Positions 25,500 to 35,185 of a stretch of DNA of 64,000 nucleotides are shown piece by piece. The notes beneath the pieces are model-generated. The model saw only the letters and a program-made list of their open reading frames with translations, searched no databases and was not told where the DNA came from. The DNA is from a virus, in the IMG/VR virus record IMGVR_UViG_3300034061_002899; one strand, 5' to 3'. Every line of letters begins with the position of its first letter. Position 1 is the stretch's first letter. Made by a program: the position numbers and the translations under genes.

Positions 25500-25723
25500 A
25501 TACAGAATTAATTAATAAATTGAAGGCACAATGTATCGTGCGTGAAATGCGTGGTACTAATGCGTTTGACAATTATATGGTAGATCGGTTTGATACTGAA
25601 AAGTTTGCAGAACTGATTGTGAGAGAGTGTGACCGGTATGCCCGTAGTGTATGGGAACATGGTCCTTTGTTAGGTAGAGACTTGTTAATTCATTTTGGTG
25701 TTGAGGAGATGAGTGATGAATAA
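25496..25723 (+). CDS. FAELIVREC/HFGVEE family protein
   Basis: EKFAELIVREC..HFGVEE. Confidence 0.7.
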   Translation: MNTELINKLKAQCIVREMRGTNAFDNYMVDRFDTEKFAELIVRECDRYARSVWEHGPLLGRDLLIHFGVEEMSDE

Positions 25724-25946
25724 AACTATTGAATGGCTTTTTAAGCAGGCTGGTGGCTATGTTGAAATTGACAGTAAAGGTAATCGTTTTACCTATACAG
25801 AAAATTTTGACCCTGATTTATTTGCCGGGTCAGTTATTGCAGAATGTGTTCAAGCATTAGTCAATCATGGTTATACAGATGCGGCAACTATGTTAGCAAA
25901 CGAGTATCCCGAAGACTGGCAAAAATTTGAATTTCCGGAGATTTAA
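25713..25946 (+). CDS. divergent FAELIVREC-family protein
   Basis: FDPDLFAGSVIAEC; GAGGAG SD supplied by previous gene's HFGVEE codons. Confidence 0.65.
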   Translation: MMNKTIEWLFKQAGGYVEIDSKGNRFTYTENFDPDLFAGSVIAECVQALVNHGYTDAATMLANEYPEDWQKFEFPEI

Positions 25947-25948
25947 TT

Positions 25949-26077
25949 ATGACTAAATTACTAGTAGGTTTTATTCTTGGTATCGTTGTTTCAACTGTCG
26001 GCTTTAGTGGTATTGCTAGAATGGCTGACAACGGTGTTAACAAGATTAAAGAAGTAACGGTAGAACAGGTGAAGTAA
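25949..26077 (+). CDS. 42-aa membrane protein (not in ORF track)
   Basis: GGAG SD; MTKLLVGFILGIVVSTVGFSG. Confidence 0.65.
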   Translation: MTKLLVGFILGIVVSTVGFSGIARMADNGVNKIKEVTVEQVK

Positions 26078-26506
26078 ATGGGACTAGATATGTATGCTTA
26101 TGTTGCCAGCAAGAAAGGTCAACAAAGTGAATATTATGAAACTGCCGAGTTTGATAAGACAGTTAATGAATTTGTAAGCACTACTGTTACTAAGCCACAC
26201 GAACTTGCTTATTGGCGTAAGCATCCTAACTTGCATGGTTGGATGGAACAACTATGGATTAGTAAAGGTCGTCCAAGGCAAAGTGTCGCTTGGCCGGTGT
26301 TCAACGGGATTGAACTTGAATTAACATGGGATGACTTAGATAAACTTGAACGAGATATTCGTCAAGGTAGACTTCCTAATACAGAAGGTTTCTTCTTTGG
26401 TAATCCTAGTGATAATTATTACTATGAACAAGACCTTGAGTTTGTTAACAACGCTAAGGCAGAAGTGTTCTTAGGATTGAAAGTATTTTATAACAGTAGT
26501 TGGTAA
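26078..26506 (+). CDS. hypothetical phage protein (MGLDMY/YWRKH type)
   Basis: MGLDMY..YWRKHPNLHGWM..GFFFG..YNSSW. Confidence 0.75.
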   Translation: MGLDMYAYVASKKGQQSEYYETAEFDKTVNEFVSTTVTKPHELAYWRKHPNLHGWMEQLWISKGRPRQSVAWPVFNGIELELTWDDLDKLERDIRQGRLPNTEGFFFGNPSDNYYYEQDLEFVNNAKAEVFLGLKVFYNSSW

Positions 26507-26631
26507 TGTATATAACAAACAAATACGATTCGGTTAGGTTGCCATATAGCGAAGAAATGTTAGAATGGCTATTGGCAACTTATCCGAAATCTGAGTATAG
26601 AGTGGTTATATTGGAAGAACAACATTTATAG
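26506..26631 (+). CDS. 41-aa hypothetical protein (not in ORF track)
   Basis: TAATG coupling; MYITNKYDSVRLPYSEEMLEWL. Confidence 0.55.
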   Translation: MYITNKYDSVRLPYSEEMLEWLLATYPKSEYRVVILEEQHL

Positions 26632-26654
26632 CTAAATACGCTACGAGGTATAGC

Positions 26655-26885
26655 GTGTTTCCCAAAATGTTTAAAAATATAATTATAACTATCTTAACAA
26701 TAATGTTAATGTTTGTTTGGCTGACGTCCGATCTGGAAAGTGATTATTATAATCTGGATGATGTTACTATTGAATATAAATGTAGTGTAATTAGAGAGTA
26801 CAAAAATATTCCGCCCGAAGTTCTTGAGGAATGTAGGAGACGGAAAAACATAACCGAAGATGTTGACAACAAAACATCGGTGTGA
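26655..26885 (+). CDS. small membrane-anchored protein
   Basis: N-terminal TM; two Cys. Confidence 0.6.
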   Translation: MFPKMFKNIIITILTIMLMFVWLTSDLESDYYNLDDVTIEYKCSVIREYKNIPPEVLEECRRRKNITEDVDNKTSV

Positions 26886-26891
26886 TATAAT
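26863..26891 (+). promoter_or_regulatory. sigma70 promoter for ligase
   Basis: TTGACA-17bp-TATAAT with TG extension. Confidence 0.75.
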
Positions 26892-26919
26892 TTACAAATT
26901 ATTAACTTAAGGAACTTTC

Positions 26920-28257
26920 ATGTCAGCCTCATGGATTCGTAAACTAAATGAATCAGATAGCCGCCTTCATAAAGAAGATGTACTCAAACAAGCATTAGAG
27001 GCAAGTGTCCTTGGTAGCAGTAATGCTATCAATTTCTTGTCATTTGTAAAAGCATGTTACAATCCTTACGTTACCTTTGGTGTTCGTCAAGTACCAGACA
27101 CAACAGGTATCGTTGATGCAGAAAATCCCTGGGATGAGTTTAATGAGTTGATGCTACAACTTAGTCAACGTAGATTAACAGGTCATGCCGCACGTGATGC
27201 CATTCAAAGTACGGCTGAACGATTTGATAGTGATGAATGGAATACATTCTTAGCACCAGTATTGCGTAGAGACTTACGTGCTGGTATTAGTGACAAAACA
27301 ATCAATAAGATTTGTAAGAAAACAGCTTACGAAATTCCAATCTTTGGTTGTCAACTTGCTACTAATAGTGAAGGTCGTCCTGAGATGAAAAGTATCAAAC
27401 GCCTTGAGCCTAAGTTAGATGGCGTTCGTATGTTGTTGATGGTTATCCCAAGTGATTTTGGCGATGTTACTACTATCTGTTTTAGTCGTAATGGCAAACA
27501 GTTTGATAACTTTGGTCACATTGAAGAACAGGTTCGCAGTAACTGGATCAAGATGGTTCGCAAAGCCGGAACAAGTAACTTAAGCATGGGCTTTGTGCTT
27601 GACGGTGAGGTTATTGGTAATAGCTTCCAAGAACTGATGCGACAAGCACGCCGTAAAGAAAATGCTCAGGCAGAAGATAGCGTGTTCAACGTGTTTGACA
27701 TTCTACCGCTTGATGCTTTCCGTGAAGGTCATTGGAATAGTCAACTTGAAAAGCGCATTAAGATATTAGAAGATATGCGTCCAGTAATTGATAACATGCC
27801 TAATGTTGAATTACTGCCACACATCATGGTTGACTTAGATACAGCCGCTGGTCGTGACCAGTTGGATCGTTATGCTAAGGATCAAGTTAATCTAGGCTTT
27901 GAAGGCATTATGATTAAAGAATTACAAGCACCATATATCTGCAAACGTAGCACAGATTGGATGAAGTGGAAGCCAACTATTACTGTAGATTTAGAGGTCG
28001 TGGGCATTGAAGAAGGTACTGGTAGAAACTTAGGAAGACTTGGAGCACTTGTTTGTCATGGAATCGATGATGGAAAAGAAATCACAGTCAATGTGGGTAG
28101 TGGCTTTAGTGACGGTGATAGAGATGATTATTGGACTAACCGCAATTTGGTCATTGGTCGCACTGCTGAAGTATTGTGTGATGTGATTACCCAGAATCAA
28201 GATGGTACTTACAGTTTGCGTTTCCCCAGATTTGTTCGTTTCCGTGACGATAAATGA
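26920..28257 (+). CDS. lig: ATP-dependent DNA ligase
   Basis: EPKLDGVR, LDGE, EGIMIK, WMKWK, VGSGF, LRFPRF. Confidence 0.95.
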   Translation: MSASWIRKLNESDSRLHKEDVLKQALEASVLGSSNAINFLSFVKACYNPYVTFGVRQVPDTTGIVDAENPWDEFNELMLQLSQRRLTGHAARDAIQSTAERFDSDEWNTFLAPVLRRDLRAGISDKTINKICKKTAYEIPIFGCQLATNSEGRPEMKSIKRLEPKLDGVRMLLMVIPSDFGDVTTICFSRNGKQFDNFGHIEEQVRSNWIKMVRKAGTSNLSMGFVLDGEVIGNSFQELMRQARRKENAQAEDSVFNVFDILPLDAFREGHWNSQLEKRIKILEDMRPVIDNMPNVELLPHIMVDLDTAAGRDQLDRYAKDQVNLGFEGIMIKELQAPYICKRSTDWMKWKPTITVDLEVVGIEEGTGRNLGRLGALVCHGIDDGKEITVNVGSGFSDGDRDDYWTNRNLVIGRTAEVLCDVITQNQDGTYSLRFPRFVRFRDDK

Positions 28258-28282
28258 TAAAATAACTTATTAGGAGAATACT

Positions 28283-28810
28283 ATGGTAACAATTGTTAAA
28301 CATGAATGGCATCAACACGATAGACAATATGCTATTGAACTTGATGAATCACTATTAAGTGAAATCTATCCTGATAAGGAAGAAGATGAGATTAAAGTAA
28401 TACTAGAAGGTATTGCTGACGGCACTTATGATTATGAAGATGTACTCAATGACGCCTACGAGAATGATGTAGAGATTGAATGGGACTTCCAGTATGATGA
28501 CTGTTGGACTGACCGCAAAGGTGGATACGATGTTACCTACGAACTAGGTGATGAATCTAGTTGGGTAGAGCCTGATAAAGAACCAGAACCAACACACAAA
28601 TGTACCAAGTGTAAATGGAAGGGTCAGTATTATGATGCCGATTGGCAATGGGAAGATAGTGCGGGTAACGAGTTTGATGAAGCCAAACATGTTTGCCCAA
28701 TGTGCGAGTCTGACCTTGAACTAACCGAACATGGTTTAGTAGAGGAAGAAGCAAAAAAGAAACGCATGGCAGAAATTGATGCTATGTTTAACGAAGAAGA
28801 GGAAGAGTAA
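28283..28810 (+). CDS. highly acidic protein with zinc ribbon
   Basis: D/E-rich; CTKC...CPMC. Confidence 0.7.
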   Translation: MVTIVKHEWHQHDRQYAIELDESLLSEIYPDKEEDEIKVILEGIADGTYDYEDVLNDAYENDVEIEWDFQYDDCWTDRKGGYDVTYELGDESSWVEPDKEPEPTHKCTKCKWKGQYYDADWQWEDSAGNEFDEAKHVCPMCESDLELTEHGLVEEEAKKKRMAEIDAMFNEEEEE

Positions 28811-28811
28811 A

Positions 28812-29321
28812 ATGGCAACATGGTCAGTAAAACCAACATGGAAGAAATCAATCCTTGAACGTAATTACCTGTCAAAGGATGATAACCGAGTTATGATTGA
28901 AACTGGTTGGCGTTGGGGTGAATTCACAGTTGAAACTGATGATGACAATCCTCCGAACATTGAAGCAGGTGTTAATATCTATGACTGTGGATATGAATCT
29001 GAATTAGTAGAGACTAATGATGGTTGCTGGGAAGAACATGACATGGATGATTGTGATGAAGAAACCCAAGAATGGCTAGAAGAATTTTTTGACGAAGGCA
29101 ACAGTTGGCTCGATTTAGAAGAACATGGCTGGAGCCAAGACGAATGTGAAATGATTATTGATTGTGATTTAGAAATTACAAGAATCAATGACGATGGTTC
29201 TGAAGGTGAAACTATTACTACTGGTATGGATGAAGAAACTCAAAAGAGTAGAGAACTTCCGCTTAAGCTAGAACCACAAGCAGTTTGGCCCTTTGAAAAG
29301 CCTAACAAAGATATTGAATAA
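28812..29321 (+). CDS. highly acidic Trp-rich protein
   Basis: ATG 28812 (MATWSV); D/E-rich. Confidence 0.7.
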   Translation: MATWSVKPTWKKSILERNYLSKDDNRVMIETGWRWGEFTVETDDDNPPNIEAGVNIYDCGYESELVETNDGCWEEHDMDDCDEETQEWLEEFFDEGNSWLDLEEHGWSQDECEMIIDCDLEITRINDDGSEGETITTGMDEETQKSRELPLKLEPQAVWPFEKPNKDIE

Positions 29322-29545
29322 TGGAACAAGACATTAATAACTATGTAGGTAAGTCTTACACGTTTGAAGATGGCAATAAAATTGAAATCATTCAAGTAAG
29401 AATGGTTGATGAGCAGAGGTGTGGCCCATCAGTCACTTACTTTATTCATCAAGGTCGTGGCATACCACAAAAACTAATTATGCCTTTGGAACCCTTCATT
29501 GAATTGTATGGCCATTTATTCGAAGATAATCCATCAACAGAATAG
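29321..29545 (+). CDS. hypothetical protein
   Basis: TAATG coupling. Confidence 0.65.
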   Translation: MEQDINNYVGKSYTFEDGNKIEIIQVRMVDEQRCGPSVTYFIHQGRGIPQKLIMPLEPFIELYGHLFEDNPSTE

Positions 29546-29558
29546 ACTAAATACTTAG

Positions 29559-31169
29559 ATGTTTAATAGAATATTTACTTTTTCCAACCTTACACTATTG
29601 GTAGCATTGACACTTAGTTCAGTGGCAGCTTACTATAGTATCATCGGGTTAACAGCTATCTTTGCAGGTGCGGTTATTCCTGTTATCATCATGGGTACAA
29701 TACTTGAAGTAGGCAAGATCACTACAACAGTATGGCTACGTAAATACTGGAACCGTGCAGGCTTCTTGCTCAAGCTATACTTAGTACCTGCTGTTATCGC
29801 ATTAGCATTGCTTACCTCTATGGGTATCTTTGGCTTCTTGTCAAAAGCACACATGGATCAAGGCATCACATCAGGTGATAGCCAAGCCAAATTATCATTG
29901 TACGATGAAAAAATTAAAACACAACGAGACAACATTGAGTTAGCCCGCAAAGCACTAACTCAAATGGATAATCAAGTTGATCAACGATTAAGTCGTGGTG
30001 ATAGTGAGAATAGTGCTGAACGTGCCGTACAAATTCGTAGACAACAAGCCGGTGAACGTACTAAGTTACAAAAAGAAATTGGTGATGCTCAAAAAGAAAT
30101 TGCTAAACTAAATGAGGAACGAGCACCTATTGCGGCAGAGAATCGTAAGATAGAAGCAGAAGTTGGCCCTATCAAATATATTGCCGCACTAATATACGGT
30201 GACGATGCTGATAACAATACACTTGAATCTGCTGTTCGTTGGGTTATTATTTTATTGGTTATTGTATTTGATCCATTAGCTATTGCACTTGTACTTGCCG
30301 CTAACGCAAGTAAAGAATGGGATAAAGAAAAACCAAAATATGAAGAAGATGATGGTCCATTAACTGACGAGCAGATTGATCAGATAAAAGATTCGGTAGA
30401 AGTGCCCGATAATTTAGTAGTTAAAGACGATGCATTATTCAAATCACTTTCAGTGACCAATGAAGAGGAAGAAGCATTTAAATCACTGGAACCAAAAGGT
30501 AGTGATCCTACAATAAACTGCTATATGTGTGGCACTGAGTTAATTAATGCCCCCGGTATAGGACCATTCTGCCCCAATAAGGCGTGTGATGTTAGTGATG
30601 GTCCTTTTGAAGAACCAGAAGAACAACCAAAATCATTACTAGAACAACATCCTTACTTAACTAAACCTTTTGTTAGTTTTGTTGTTAAACCAATGGTAGC
30701 TCCTAAAGAAGAACCTTCTAAAGAACTTACAGTAGACTCTACTAAACCAATTGATATCGTAACAGAGGGTGTTACTACCCGAAAACCATTCAAAGACCTC
30801 GAAGGTGGTTATGTTACGTATGAGGGTAGACACATGCACCGTGATGTGTTAATGGGTTCTCACCCTGAGATATTTAAATTAGTAGCAGATTCGGCAAGAT
30901 CAGCTAATACTAGCTTTGGAACTGAGTTCCCAAAAATGGCAGAAAAGGGTGATACCTTTGTTCGTGTTGATGTATTGCCAAACCGTGTATATAAATTTGA
31001 TGGAACCAGATGGATTATGGTCAACAAAGACACATCCAAAAGTTACATACATGACCAAGAATATATCAAGTACCTAGTATCCAAAATAGAATCGGGCGAG
31101 TATGATATTGAGTTGTTGAATGATTCCGAAAAGCAACAAATCGAAGAATACTTGACCAAAAAGTCTTGA
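29559..31169 (+). CDS. multi-TM membrane protein with coiled coil and Zn-finger insert
   Basis: N-terminal TMs, long coiled coil, VFDPLA TM, CYMC..CPNKAC. Confidence 0.75.
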   Translation: MFNRIFTFSNLTLLVALTLSSVAAYYSIIGLTAIFAGAVIPVIIMGTILEVGKITTTVWLRKYWNRAGFLLKLYLVPAVIALALLTSMGIFGFLSKAHMDQGITSGDSQAKLSLYDEKIKTQRDNIELARKALTQMDNQVDQRLSRGDSENSAERAVQIRRQQAGERTKLQKEIGDAQKEIAKLNEERAPIAAENRKIEAEVGPIKYIAALIYGDDADNNTLESAVRWVIILLVIVFDPLAIALVLAANASKEWDKEKPKYEEDDGPLTDEQIDQIKDSVEVPDNLVVKDDALFKSLSVTNEEEEAFKSLEPKGSDPTINCYMCGTELINAPGIGPFCPNKACDVSDGPFEEPEEQPKSLLEQHPYLTKPFVSFVVKPMVAPKEEPSKELTVDSTKPIDIVTEGVTTRKPFKDLEGGYVTYEGRHMHRDVLMGSHPEIFKLVADSARSANTSFGTEFPKMAEKGDTFVRVDVLPNRVYKFDGTRWIMVNKDTSKSYIHDQEYIKYLVSKIESGEYDIELLNDSEKQQIEEYLTKKS

Positions 31170-31194
31170 AAAAAACTCCAGTTTAGTTTATAAT
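31166..31194 (+). promoter_or_regulatory. sigma70 promoter
   Basis: TTGAAA-17bp-TATAAT. Confidence 0.6.
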
Positions 31195-31223
31195 AATAAC
31201 ATTATTAACTACTGGAGTATCCC

Positions 31224-31856
31224 ATGAAAAAACTAATTGTTTGTGCAACTGTACTAGCCTTAACTGGTTGCGGCAGTTTTAGTAAAAAGAATAACGAACC
31301 TGAACAAATTCGTAATCAAAAACTTTCAACTTCTTTCAAAAATGATACTATTCGTATTGAAACAGATTGCGCTTGGTATAAGCCATTCAAAAGCGAGTGT
31401 GATGTAGTTTCTATTGAGGCAACTGCTACAGCTGCCAGTAATGGTAATACTGATAGTAATCGGCGTACTGCATTAATTCGTGCAGGAGATCGTGCCCGTG
31501 CTAGTGTTCGTCACTTCATTCAGGAAGACTTGAATAGCACACGTACACAAACTACACTTGCTAAGAACGTTGAAAAAGCAAGCGATAGATTGAAATCATC
31601 CACTGTTAACGGTGAGACGGTAGCAATGAGTGATACTGATGCTGAAAAGGATTCAAGCCATAGTATTCGCACTAATAGCAATGACACCGCTTATCAATTG
31701 CAAGAATCTATCCGTGTTAACGCTACCGGTATCTTGCGTGGTTTCCATGTAATTAAACAAGAAGTTACTGGTAATCAGGAAGTTAGTGTAACGATACGAT
31801 GGGACAAGGGTTCTGAACAAACCGCTAATATTCTGCGTAAAAAATTCGGTAACTAA
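31224..31856 (+). CDS. lipoprotein (LPP20-like)
   Basis: Lipobox LALTGC; A..RA..RARA helix. Confidence 0.65.
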   Translation: MKKLIVCATVLALTGCGSFSKKNNEPEQIRNQKLSTSFKNDTIRIETDCAWYKPFKSECDVVSIEATATAASNGNTDSNRRTALIRAGDRARASVRHFIQEDLNSTRTQTTLAKNVEKASDRLKSSTVNGETVAMSDTDAEKDSSHSIRTNSNDTAYQLQESIRVNATGILRGFHVIKQEVTGNQEVSVTIRWDKGSEQTANILRKKFGN

Positions 31857-31858
31857 AA

Positions 31859-32824
31859 ATGAGACTGCTATTAATAGCGGCTTGTTTATTCATTACGAAT
31901 GCATTTGCGAATGACTACATACGAGTAGTCGGTACAGGTCCTACATTAGAACTTGCAAAAGAAAATGCATTTCGTGAAGCAATAATGATCCGTGTTGGTA
32001 CAGTTGTAGTTAGTGAACGTGAATCTACTATAACCGATCTTAAACGTGATGACATTAGTGTTTACAGTGCCGGTTATGTTAATGACTATAAAATCATTTC
32101 AGTAGTTAATAATGGTTCTGTTGTTAAAGTAACTGTCAACGTATTAGTTGCCGATAGTAAACTTGTTAATCAACGATTGAATTCAGGTAAAACAACTAAT
32201 ACGATTAACGGAGAAAATGCCGCGGTCAGTTATAAAACATTCATTGACCAAAAGATCAAAGCTGACAAACTAATTAAAACAGTATTATCATCTTATCCCA
32301 GTAGTGCATACGTTGTAGAACAATCACCTTATCAAATTGGTGTTGATTCGTTTCGCAATGCTGTTTTATCAGTTCATTATAAATTAAAGTGGAATTATGA
32401 TTATATTATTGCCTTCAAGGAATTAATGTCATTGGTTGAAGATGGCAAGTATGGAATGTTTGAACGTGCTCCTAGCAATGTCGTTGTTATGGGCAAGAAC
32501 CCTAAAGATTTTATAATAGGCGAAAAGAAACACTATAAATTTACTGATGTTCTATTATTAGACAATTTAAAAAATTCAATTACACATGGTCGTGAAGCAA
32601 AATTAAAACTATCAATAAGTGATAACAGTCTTAATAACGTAGTGTCACAATGTTTCAATATGAATAACACTTATTTTTCTGTAGGTGAACCTAGAAATCT
32701 TGTAATATACGGGAACACTAAAGAAGAAGGGGTATTGCAATTACGCATACCTATAGAGTATAATAGTATCTTACAACGAGCAAGCAATATACAAGTATCG
32801 GTTGTCCCTTTCAACCAATGCTAA
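31859..32824 (+). CDS. secreted protein (FlgT/LPP20-like N-terminus)
   Basis: Signal peptide ending AFA; GTGPTLELAKENAFREAI. Confidence 0.6.
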   Translation: MRLLLIAACLFITNAFANDYIRVVGTGPTLELAKENAFREAIMIRVGTVVVSERESTITDLKRDDISVYSAGYVNDYKIISVVNNGSVVKVTVNVLVADSKLVNQRLNSGKTTNTINGENAAVSYKTFIDQKIKADKLIKTVLSSYPSSAYVVEQSPYQIGVDSFRNAVLSVHYKLKWNYDYIIAFKELMSLVEDGKYGMFERAPSNVVVMGKNPKDFIIGEKKHYKFTDVLLLDNLKNSITHGREAKLKLSISDNSLNNVVSQCFNMNNTYFSVGEPRNLVIYGNTKEEGVLQLRIPIEYNSILQRASNIQVSVVPFNQC

Positions 32825-32860
32825 AAAATATCAGGCAAAATAAAAACGATAAATTAAAGT

Positions 32861-34057
32861 ATGACATCTGAATCTAAACTAAACCATTGTTCCTTTTGTG
32901 GTAATCACAAAGATAAAGTTACTAAACTTATTGTAAGCGAGGATGTTGCTATCTGTAGCGACTGTATTGAATTATGTAACCAATTGGTTATTGATGAAAT
33001 TGGCCCAACTGAGTCAACCCAAAATACAACCAACGATCCACATGATATTAAACAATACTTAGATGAACATGTAATTGGACAAGATAGTGCTAAAACAGTA
33101 TTAAGTGTGGCCATTGCTAATCATTATAAGCGCATTACACATCCACCCAAAGACTTAGAAATCAGTAAGGGTAACGTATTGATTATTGGACCTACTGGTT
33201 CAGGTAAAACACTATTAGCTAAAACTGTAGCCAAATATTTGAATGTACCATTTGTTGTTGCTGATGCTACCAGTTTAACCGAAGCTGGTTATGTAGGGGA
33301 TGATGTTGAATCAATGATTAGCATGTTGGTCAATGCCGCAGGCGGTGATCCTAAATTGGCAGAACGTGGTATTGTGTTTGTTGATGAGATTGATAAAATC
33401 GCCCGTAAGAGTGAGTCATCGAGTATCACACGTGATGTATCAGGTGAGGGTGTACAACAAGCATTACTTAAACTAGTTGAGGGCACTGTGTGTCGTATTC
33501 CAGCAGCCGGCGGACGTAAACATCCCGGAGGTGAAATGATGGAAGTCAACACAAAGAATATCTTGTTTATTGCAGGAGGTGCGTTTGTTGGATTAAAAGA
33601 TATTATTTCTAATCGTCAAAATGGCACAAGTATTGGCTTTGGCGCAAGCATTAAAGAGAACAAAAAAGAGGGTGATTTGAGTAGTGTAACACCAGATGAT
33701 TTAACTAAGTTTGGTATGATTCCTGAGTTTATTGGACGCTTTACTACGACAGTAAGTATTGGGGAGTTGGGTAAAGATGAACTAAAACTAGTATTAACAT
33801 CTGTCAAAAACAACTATATAAAACAGTACCAATATTTGTTCAGTATCGATGGTATTGAGTTAAACTTTGATGATAGTGCTTTGGATCAGATTGTAGATAA
33901 CTGTTTAAAACTAAAGACTGGGGCACGAGGGTTGCATACTGAAATCGAACGTGTATTAATGCCACATATGTTTAACATTAACAAATACAAAGAAAATAAC
34001 GTAAAAGTGATAAATATTAATCAGGACAGAGTTTTAGAACCAAAAATTAATTTATGA
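32861..34057 (+). CDS. clpX: Clp protease ATP-binding subunit ClpX
   Basis: CSFC..CSDC Zn finger, [24 protein letters not shown] loop. Confidence 0.96.
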   Translation: MTSESKLNHCSFCGNHKDKVTKLIVSEDVAICSDCIELCNQLVIDEIGPTESTQNTTNDPHDIKQYLDEHVIGQDSAKTVLSVAIANHYKRITHPPKDLEISKGNVLIIGPTGSGKTLLAKTVAKYLNVPFVVADATSLTEAGYVGDDVESMISMLVNAAGGDPKLAERGIVFVDEIDKIARKSESSSITRDVSGEGVQQALLKLVEGTVCRIPAAGGRKHPGGEMMEVNTKNILFIAGGAFVGLKDIISNRQNGTSIGFGASIKENKKEGDLSSVTPDDLTKFGMIPEFIGRFTTTVSIGELGKDELKLVLTSVKNNYIKQYQYLFSIDGIELNFDDSALDQIVDNCLKLKTGARGLHTEIERVLMPHMFNINKYKENNVKVININQDRVLEPKINL

Positions 34058-34275
34058 GTATAAAAGGAAGACGAGTACTAGTACAAGATGGAAATTTTGA
34101 AAAAGCATTACGCAAATTCAAAAAGAAGATTTCCGACATGGATGTTCTACAAGAAGTCCGTGACCGTCAAGAATTCGTCAAGCCAACTGTGAAACGTAAA
34201 TTAGCAAAAGGACAAGCTCAACGTAGATGGCAAAAGTATTTGCGTGACCAGAGTCTTCCTAAGAAACTATTCTGA
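34054..34275 (+). CDS. rpsU: 30S ribosomal protein bS21
   Basis: [30 protein letters not shown]. Confidence 0.88.
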   Translation: MSIKGRRVLVQDGNFEKALRKFKKKISDMDVLQEVRDRQEFVKPTVKRKLAKGQAQRRWQKYLRDQSLPKKLF

Positions 34276-34313
34276 CCCTAAATAATAGAATTTTTTGCGT
34301 GTTTTTAGTATAA

Positions 34314-34379
34314 TAAATACGTATTCAGATGCCGATGGTCGGGTCTGAAATAAGTCATCTTGCTTAATAGGAGAAAAAT
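34314..34379 (+). promoter_or_regulatory. late promoter plus ROSE-like RNA thermometer 5'UTR
   Basis: TAAATA 34314-19; hairpin TTCAGA..TCTGAA; TCTTGCT(34358-64) pairs with AGGAGA(34369-74) with a bulged G. Confidence 0.65.
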
Positions 34380-34817
34380 ATGACAAAAACTTTAACCCTT
34401 CGTTCCCTTGACATTCCGTCAATTCACAAATTTGGTATCGGTTTCGATAACATGTTTGATGAACTAATGCGAATGAACTCTCAACAATCACTTAACTATC
34501 CCCCATACAACATCGTCAAAAATACCGAAGATTCATTCGATATTGAAGTTGCTGTATCCGGCTTTAGTGAAGGTGAAATCGAAGTCAATCTTGATAATCG
34601 GGTGTTGACTATTAAGGGACAGAAGAATGAGGACCTTGTTGCTGAATACTTACATAAGGGTATCAGTACACGTGATTTCGTGCGTGAGTTTACTCTAGCT
34701 GAACACGTTGAGGTTATCCATGCTTCACAAAAAGATGGTATCTTAACTATCAATCTAGAACGTATTGTTCCGGAAGATAAGAAGCCAAAAGCTATTGTAA
34801 TTACTTACACTAAGTAA
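34380..34817 (+). CDS. hsp20: small heat-shock protein (IbpA/Hsp20)
   Basis: IGFD, NYPPYNI, YLHKGIS.R.F.R.FTLAE, DGIL. Confidence 0.95.
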   Translation: MTKTLTLRSLDIPSIHKFGIGFDNMFDELMRMNSQQSLNYPPYNIVKNTEDSFDIEVAVSGFSEGEIEVNLDNRVLTIKGQKNEDLVAEYLHKGISTRDFVREFTLAEHVEVIHASQKDGILTINLERIVPEDKKPKAIVITYTK

Positions 34818-34831
34818 TATAATAGAAGTTC

Positions 34832-34862
34832 TATAAATAAGTGTGCGGGGCAACTCGCACAC
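34832..34862 (+). promoter_or_regulatory. TATAAATA late promoter followed by GNRA-capped hairpin before clpS
   Basis: TATAAATA 34832-39; GTGTGCGGG-GCAA-CTCGCACAC. Confidence 0.55.
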
Positions 34863-34879
34863 GCAACCAAAAGAAAATT

Positions 34880-35185
34880 ATGTCCAAAACTGATACTAAA
34901 ATTAAAATTAAACCTAATCTTGCTTTACGTGAGCCTCCATTGTATAAAATCATTTATTTTAATGATGAGGTTACCAGCATGGAATTTGTTGTAGGAAGTT
35001 TGATTGATTATTTTAGCTATAATCAGGATACTGCTACCTCTATCACACAAAACATTCACGATCAAGGTAGTGCTGTAGTTGCTGTATTGCCCTATGAAAT
35101 TGCCGAACAAAAAGGCATTGAAGTTACATTAGAAGCTAGAAGTCAGGGATACCCGCTTCAAGTTAAGATTGAAGCTGAAGTTTAA
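34880..35185 (+). CDS. clpS: Clp adaptor ClpS
   Basis: EPPLYKIIYFNDEVTSMEFVV..IHDQGSAVV..EIAEQK..GYPL. Confidence 0.9.
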   Translation: MSKTDTKIKIKPNLALREPPLYKIIYFNDEVTSMEFVVGSLIDYFSYNQDTATSITQNIHDQGSAVVAVLPYEIAEQKGIEVTLEARSQGYPLQVKIEAEV

